Below are positions 60,301-64,000 of a stretch of 64,000 bases of DNA, in pieces; the first letter of the stretch is position 1, and the number at the start of each line of letters is the position of its first letter. Position numbers and translations under genes: made by a program. The DNA is from an uncultured Caldisericales bacterium (lineage in GTDB: Bacteria > Caldisericota > Caldisericia > JAAYUI01). The DNA lies in NCBI GenBank assembly GCA_964639885.1, contig CAZXEH010000001.1:36893-100892 (forward strand), given 5' to 3'. The notes below the pieces were generated by a model. That model had not been told where the DNA came from. It made no database searches and saw nothing but the letters and a program-made list of their open reading frames with translations.

Positions 60301-60920
60301 TGATTGATTTCCTTGCCGAAGCAGAGATTGAGCTCAAAACCCTGATGCCACAGGAATGCCTTGACGATTTCATGGTTCTCAGACATTCACAAACCGCAAC
60401 TGCCTATGCAAACATGGGTATGGTGGAAAAAGCCAGAAACCAGCTGAAGATGGCTGAATCAATCGTCAATTCCGAAAACAAGAAATGTGATCTTTCGTGG
60501 GTTGGAATTGTTTACATGCTCGCCAAAAATGAAGTCGGTATTTTTGAGTCATTCCAGGGACAAACCACCATGGGCTCGTTCTTTTCAAGGCAGACTTCCG
60601 AAAGTCCCAAACGCATTGTGCCTGATACCTGGGCAAAGGTTTATGCAGACATACAGGACAATATGGGAAAGGAACGCATCTCGCCGACCATGTCCTTCTA
60701 CTATAAGCCCAGACTGACATATCTTTATGCAAAACACATTTTCAACAAGATAAGGCTTGAGCCTGCGAGTGCGGATCGCTCGGAGATTGCAAACAAGGCG
60801 CTTATTGCAATAAATGAAACACTTGGTTACCTAGACGACAATGAGCTTGAGGCCTACAAGGACGATTTGAAGACTATAAGCAGAAGCATCACCGATGCGA
60901 TAATAAAAAAGAGGTATTGA
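57327..60920 (+). CDS. Ser/Thr protein kinase fused to STAND-type P-loop NTPase and TPR/helical repeats
   Basis: Kinase subdomains (GEGGMGEV...VAVK; HRDLKPSNIL; DFGIA; AEYMSPE). P-loop (LVGGIGSGKTRTLAEL). About 700 aa of α-helical TPR-like repeats. Confidence 0.8.
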   Translation: MNVAGRYELIEKIGEGGMGEVHMALDLQTGEVVAVKISNMWQARDREAMNERFAREIEILSRINHKNIVRFKDSGSGDDYMFYVMEFIPGQPISRIGDYLKSTRHIIQIAEALDEIHSKGIIHRDLKPSNILVTEGEIKLLDFGIAHITERSAMMTKVGTFIGTAEYMSPEQVMCSGLDERSDIYSLGTVLYEVLTGRPPFVAPDIITLIHKVIQERPIPPTQIDNAIPQGLELICLKMLEKRSERRYQTARELISDLVQFVEGVVPSQKLSFNYLSRESPFIGRKDIFAAFSELIANVVNGLGQSLELVGGIGSGKTRTLAELQSLSLSRYVRFLVCDNNIVEPGSLSITSLLDSLSDYEINVEPEFVLAHAQLIRSLSEKLASRLNLPPDAQSQNEGNQAPYIIADLLLKAFPGIPVVYAFDSNIDPFTQKVVEILVGSAEFSRVLVVSAVNLHQSLEFTKSFELKPLTSEEMSQLAERILGRSISGEELASLSSRTGGNPQFAFELIRESRDARKTITLTSLPESLSDLLGRKISEISEDSRKILSKLSLLSTPMPIYELQVLLGIEEVKLRMSLQDLFGEGLIVERLAGSEFVVEISSGALAEVICGMIPETILPGLHLEIAFALELLNPGKYAFVIGSHYFEAGDAEKGSKYMLEALKESYGHQQNRKAELCSSILMPHLDEIRDDTLRYNCYYFSTRSLVSAGKLTESASLILKFSESLSKMKATNEMWMNFHICEMALYLGMRNIEKQLKAAMEALKRFDRTIPNGLRSTVYYYIASAYINLSQPEKGVPFAKKAIELAQTSQERFMARNILSIGYAKLSKLDEAIQLQETIINEAQRENQINTELAARFNLSTFYTNLGKVEQSNALVKEVLDKSIIHHYDIITANSYLKVIINNNVLMRIKDNKNLIDDCVLFFERKNLKTNIVHIYQQGVLVSLLEKNHQKFTTMLERLKKEAVAMKLRAYIVVCDILKSDEIVERKEWQELIDFLAEAEIELKTLMPQECLDDFMVLRHSQTATAYANMGMVEKARNQLKMAESIVNSENKKCDLSWVGIVYMLAKNEVGIFESFQGQTTMGSFFSRQTSESPKRIVPDTWAKVYADIQDNMGKERISPTMSFYYKPRLTYLYAKHIFNKIRLEPASADRSEIANKALIAINETLGYLDDNELEAYKDDLKTISRSITDAIIKKRY

Positions 60921-61465
60921 TGATAACCGATTTCACCATGCCGACAATCGAAACGCCGAGACTGACCCTCAGAAAGATGACGCTTGAAGATTCTGCCGAC
61001 ATCTTTGATTATGGGAGGATGCCCGATGTTTCGAAATACTGCATCTGGGACACCCACACAAGCGAAGAAGACGCAAAAATCTATATCAGATCGGCGTTGG
61101 CCAAATACGAAAACAACGAGCCTTCAGACTGGGGAATCTATCTTAAATCAGAAAACAAACTCATTGGAGCAATCGGTTTTGTGTTTGTTTCAGATCGCAA
61201 CATGAGTTGTGAGGTTGGCTACGCCATCTCAAAAAACTATTGGGGTCAGGGCATCACAACAGAGGCGTTAAAAGCTGTAATAAACTATATTTTTAACGAT
61301 ATGGGCTTTCACCGCGTGGAAGCCAGGTGCTACCTCGAAAACGTTGGCTCGTACCGGGTTATGGAGAAAGCCGGCATGGTTTATGAGGGCACAGCAGTCG
61401 ACCAGATGTACGTCAAGGGCAACTTCTGGACGATGAGGCAGTACGCAATCGTAAACAAAAAGTAG
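60920..61465 (+). CDS. GNAT family N-acetyltransferase (RimJ/RimL-like)
   Basis: GNAT core (IGAIGFVFVSD...GYAISKNYWGQGITTEALKAVINYIF). Start overlaps the kinase stop. Confidence 0.8.
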   Translation: MITDFTMPTIETPRLTLRKMTLEDSADIFDYGRMPDVSKYCIWDTHTSEEDAKIYIRSALAKYENNEPSDWGIYLKSENKLIGAIGFVFVSDRNMSCEVGYAISKNYWGQGITTEALKAVINYIFNDMGFHRVEARCYLENVGSYRVMEKAGMVYEGTAVDQMYVKGNFWTMRQYAIVNKK

Positions 61466-61466
61466 G

Positions 61467-62036
61467 CTATTTCTTCGAATAAAGACCGATGTAAGCAGTT
61501 TTGGCAATGATGTGTTCTTCTATTGAGCTGTCAAACTCGCTTCTTTTCGGTGGTTTGTTGAAGCTGATCCTGTCGTCAAGAGCGTAGAGCGTGAAAACGT
61601 AATGGTGAGGTTTGCCTGGTGGTGGGCATGGGCCGTTCCAGCCGATGTTTCCCGTGTCATTTTCGCCCTGGCTGGCACCGTTGATCGTTAGCGTTGTTCT
61701 TGGTTGACCTTCAGCAAGCCTTGGAATTGACGGCAAAATATCGTAAACGATCCAATGTGTGAAGGTTCCCTTCGGCGCATCAGGGTCTTCGCAAACAAGC
61801 GCAAGGCTGGCCGTCTTTTCAGGTACACTGTACCAGGATATTTGTGGAGAGACATCTCCACCGTCACACGCAAACTGCCTTGGAATTTCCTTGCCATCTT
61901 CAAACGATTGGCTTTTGATCATGAAATCCTTGGGCTGGTGATCCTTGTCCGTTTGTGCCGGTTCGTTCGTTGCGCATCCTGCAAACAGTGTCATCAAAAC
62001 AAAAAGAGCCATGAATTTTTTCATGGCTCCAATCAT
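61467..62036 (-). CDS. YbhB/YbcL-family PEBP lipoprotein
   Basis: Lipobox (LFAGCA). PEBP motifs (DPDAP...THW; GPCPP.G.HHY.F.LYAL). Confidence 0.7.
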   Translation of the reverse strand: MIGAMKKFMALFVLMTLFAGCATNEPAQTDKDHQPKDFMIKSQSFEDGKEIPRQFACDGGDVSPQISWYSVPEKTASLALVCEDPDAPKGTFTHWIVYDILPSIPRLAEGQPRTTLTINGASQGENDTGNIGWNGPCPPPGKPHHYVFTLYALDDRISFNKPPKRSEFDSSIEEHIIAKTAYIGLYSKK

Positions 62037-62057
62037 AGCAATTGACGTTGGTTTTGT

Positions 62058-62603
62058 CTAGCGTCCCGTGTCAACCATCCGGTAAAGCTTCAGCTTGCTG
62101 TTCTCGGTTTTATAGAAGTTGAACGTCCAGCCGACTTGTTCTGTGTAGATTTCGTAGACGAAAAGAAATTTTTGTTTTGTCTCGTTCACTTTTGCCTGGT
62201 CGAACATTGGGAGACCGTAGGCGAGCTGAGCATGGGTGATGATGAACTGGTCAGTGGTCTGGGTGCCAAACGAAGGGATGACGCTGATCATGTCAAACTT
62301 TGGGAACTGGGCTCCCGACTTTGTTTTCCATATCTCAGCCTCGCAAACAAGGAAACCGCCATCTTTGCTGTAGATGTTTTCAAACGGGCTGTCCTTGTCA
62401 ACGTTTGGGATGGTGAAGACTATATCAGATTTGTCGAGTTTGAAGAAAACTCCGTCCGAAATGCTTATTTCTTCGCTTGTCTGAGCCAGCTGGAAATCCG
62501 GTGTGCGCTCGAGGTTCAGCAAAAACTCGTTTTGAACCGGACCTTGGGTTGGCCCGCAACCTGCAAGCAGGACAAGACCTATGACTATGGCAATCTTTCT
62601 CAT
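62058..62603 (-). CDS. hypothetical lipoprotein
   Basis: Lipobox (LLAGCGP). 181 aa. Confidence 0.45.
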   Translation of the reverse strand: MRKIAIVIGLVLLAGCGPTQGPVQNEFLLNLERTPDFQLAQTSEEISISDGVFFKLDKSDIVFTIPNVDKDSPFENIYSKDGGFLVCEAEIWKTKSGAQFPKFDMISVIPSFGTQTTDQFIITHAQLAYGLPMFDQAKVNETKQKFLFVYEIYTEQVGWTFNFYKTENSKLKLYRMVDTGR

Positions 62604-63151
62604 ATTCCCATATCGATGAGGGCAAGCCTTTTTTCGGGGGTTGCCGTTTTGTCGAGGATTTCAATCGAAAGACCCTGGGTTTTCTTTAGCCCTTCAAAAA
62701 TGATTGTGACCTTGTAGCCAAGTGATGACATTGCCGGGATCATTTTAACCGGTATTCTGCCCGTGAAATTTGAATAGAGACTCTCGTTCTCAGTTGGCAG
62801 GAACCTGTTTCCAAACACATCGACCATCTCAAACCTGACGTTTTCAAGGTTCATCGGGGCTGTGGCGTCGATGTCGACATCGACAACATGGAACATTTCC
62901 TTCGTAGGAGCGGTTTCGCCAATCTTTTCCATCGCCCTGTAGTTTGAAAATGTCCATGTGGCATCGAACAGCTTGAACGATTTGCCGATCCAGATCGGGT
63001 TTGCAAGGTCGGTTATCACGTCGCTGGCAGGTTCCCTGTTGCCGTTTGGTGGCTGGTCAGTCTTTGGCAGGTCTGTTGCTGCCTGTCCGCATGAAGCCAG
63101 GAATACGATCAGGGTGGCTGCTGCACAGATGGTTTTAAGGATTTTTGCCAT
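62600..63151 (-). CDS. hypothetical lipoprotein (DUF4352-like)
   Basis: Lipobox (FLASCG). β-rich immunoglobulin-like profile. Confidence 0.4.
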   Translation of the reverse strand: MAKILKTICAAATLIVFLASCGQAATDLPKTDQPPNGNREPASDVITDLANPIWIGKSFKLFDATWTFSNYRAMEKIGETAPTKEMFHVVDVDIDATAPMNLENVRFEMVDVFGNRFLPTENESLYSNFTGRIPVKMIPAMSSLGYKVTIIFEGLKKTQGLSIEILDKTATPEKRLALIDMGI

Positions 63152-63459
63152 AATTCCTCCAGGTTGTAGTACATTCTCTCTTCTTTTCCGAAGAGGTTGA
63201 CTATAACGTCACCAAAATCAACGAGCACCCATTTTGAACGGGCCGAACCCTCGATCTTCCTGACGTTTATCTGTTTGTGCTTTGTTATCTCCATGAGCCT
63301 TTCAGTGATGGCCTGTGTCTGGGGTGGCGCAAGGACGGTTGCCAGCACGAAATAGTCACATATCGGAGTCCTGCCGGTGACATCGATGACTGAAATATCC
63401 TCGGCTTTCAAATCTTCAAGTACTTCCTTTACCTTTTCCACAAGTTCAAATGGTTCCAG
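63109..63459 (-). CDS. rsfS: ribosome silencing factor RsfS (Iojap)
   Basis: Matches the RsfS core (AEDISVIDVTGRTPICDYFVLATVL...VLVDFGDVIVNLF). The start is uncertain; there is a possible CTG after an AGGAGG RBS. Confidence 0.65.
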   Translation of the reverse strand: MEPFELVEKVKEVLEDLKAEDISVIDVTGRTPICDYFVLATVLAPPQTQAITERLMEITKHKQINVRKIEGSARSKWVLVDFGDVIVNLFGKEERMYYNLEELWQKSLKPSVQQPP

Positions 63460-63460
63460 T

Positions 63461-64000
63461 TTATTCCTCCTTTGAATAAAGGTTGTTGGCCTTAATGTAA
63501 TCAAGCACTGCGCTATCGACAAGATGTTCACAGGGAAAGCCTTTCTTAAGCCTTTCCCTTATGATGGTTGATGAGATGTCATTTCTCGGAAAATCGAGCA
63601 TCAGTATTCCAGACTCATTTTTGCCAGCTTTTACCAATGCCTCTTTCGCCTTCTCAAAGCCGTCGTTTCGTGGGACAACGATAAAATCTGTGAATTTTAT
63701 AAGCGTTGCAGCTTCCCTCCACTCATGGATTCTTGAGAGGGAGTCTGAGCCGCCGATAAGAAAAAGATCATCTTTGGGGTGGATACTTTTCAGATGTTCA
63801 AGCGTTTCATAAGAATATGTCGGGTTTTTTTTCAATTCAAAATCATCAACTTCCAGCCAAGGCACACCAAAACAGGCCATCACGCACATGTTGAATCTAT
63901 GGTTGGGTTCGATTGGCTTTTCGGCCTTGTCAAAAGTCGGAACAGAGCAAGGCATTATCAAGATTTTATCTAGATTGAACTGGGATTTGGCAAAGGTTGC
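63461..64000 (-). CDS. nadD: nicotinate-nucleotide adenylyltransferase (5' end truncated by the window edge)
   Basis: NadD C-terminal motifs (LDKILIMP; SSTIIRERL) sit upstream of rsfS as usual. The reading frame continues past position 64000. Confidence 0.7.
   Translation of the reverse strand, partial: ATFAKSQFNLDKILIMPCSVPTFDKAEKPIEPNHRFNMCVMACFGVPWLEVDDFELKKNPTYSYETLEHLKSIHPKDDLFLIGGSDSLSRIHEWREAATLIKFTDFIVVPRNDGFEKAKEALVKAGKNESGILMLDFPRNDISSTIIRERLKKGFPCEHLVDSAVLDYIKANNLYSKEE

Noticed and set aside
63109-63151. 43-nt overlap between the rsfS 3' end and the start of the DUF4352-like lipoprotein gene, considered as an annotation conflict or frameshift.
   Set aside because: Both reading frames are intact and same-strand. 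The lipoprotein has a clean lipobox signal peptide at this start. A short genuine gene overlap is the simplest explanation.
1-64000. CRISPR arrays, rRNA genes, IS elements or integrases.
   Set aside because: No regularly spaced direct repeats were found. No rRNA-like conserved stretches, transposase or recombinase motifs (DDE, Tyr/Ser recombinase) were recognised anywhere in the window.

Overview
This is a 64 kb stretch of bacterial chromosome with roughly high-40s %GC (estimated by eye). TGA is used as a stop codon, most genes have GGAGG-type Shine–Dalgarno sites, and many stop/start codons overlap (ATGA). Lipoboxes, a Ccm system I and a BamB-like PQQ propeller point to a diderm-type cell envelope; the lineage cannot be assigned from sequence alone.

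Most of the window is housekeeping. This includes rbfA–nrnA–truB–ribF fused in an operon with a split methylmalonyl-CoA mutase catalytic subunit and its epimerase. It also includes cysS–rlmB, kbl–tdh, thiolase–hbd, ccmABCDEF, grpE–dnaK–dnaJ, a tRNA-His, and rsfS–nadD.

The accessory and unusual content is as follows:
- Two sharply AT-rich single-gene insertions (about 25–30 %GC by eye). One encodes an OLD-family ABC-ATPase + TOPRIM nuclease (Gabija GajA / class-1 OLD-like) with no helicase partner. The other is an orphan 354-aa protein carrying an Rx4H (HEPN-like) motif.
- A roughly 1200-aa Ser/Thr-kinase–STAND NTPase–TPR protein, translationally coupled to a GNAT gene, next to the tRNA-His.
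- A 1539-aa secreted giant protein with an HExxH motif, DUF11 repeats and a C-terminal PKD-like module. A small free-standing paralogue of that C-terminal module lies elsewhere in the window.
- A four-member expansion of secreted proteins sharing a 'copper amine oxidase N-terminal-like' stalk module. One member is frameshifted at an A/T homopolymer. Another, a PQQ propeller, carries an in-frame TGA.
- A ComB-like phosphatase + FAD oxidase/FeS (GlcDF-like) + aldehyde dehydrogenase cluster that could be an organosulfonate or 2-hydroxyacid route.
- An orphan BMC shell-domain gene next to a PduL-like phosphotransacylase.
- Tandem CYTH-domain genes.
- A possible glutaredoxin-like–GNAT fusion protein.
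- A GC-rich tandem hairpin repeat in a convergent intergenic region.

No CRISPR array, rRNA, transposase or integrase was recognised.
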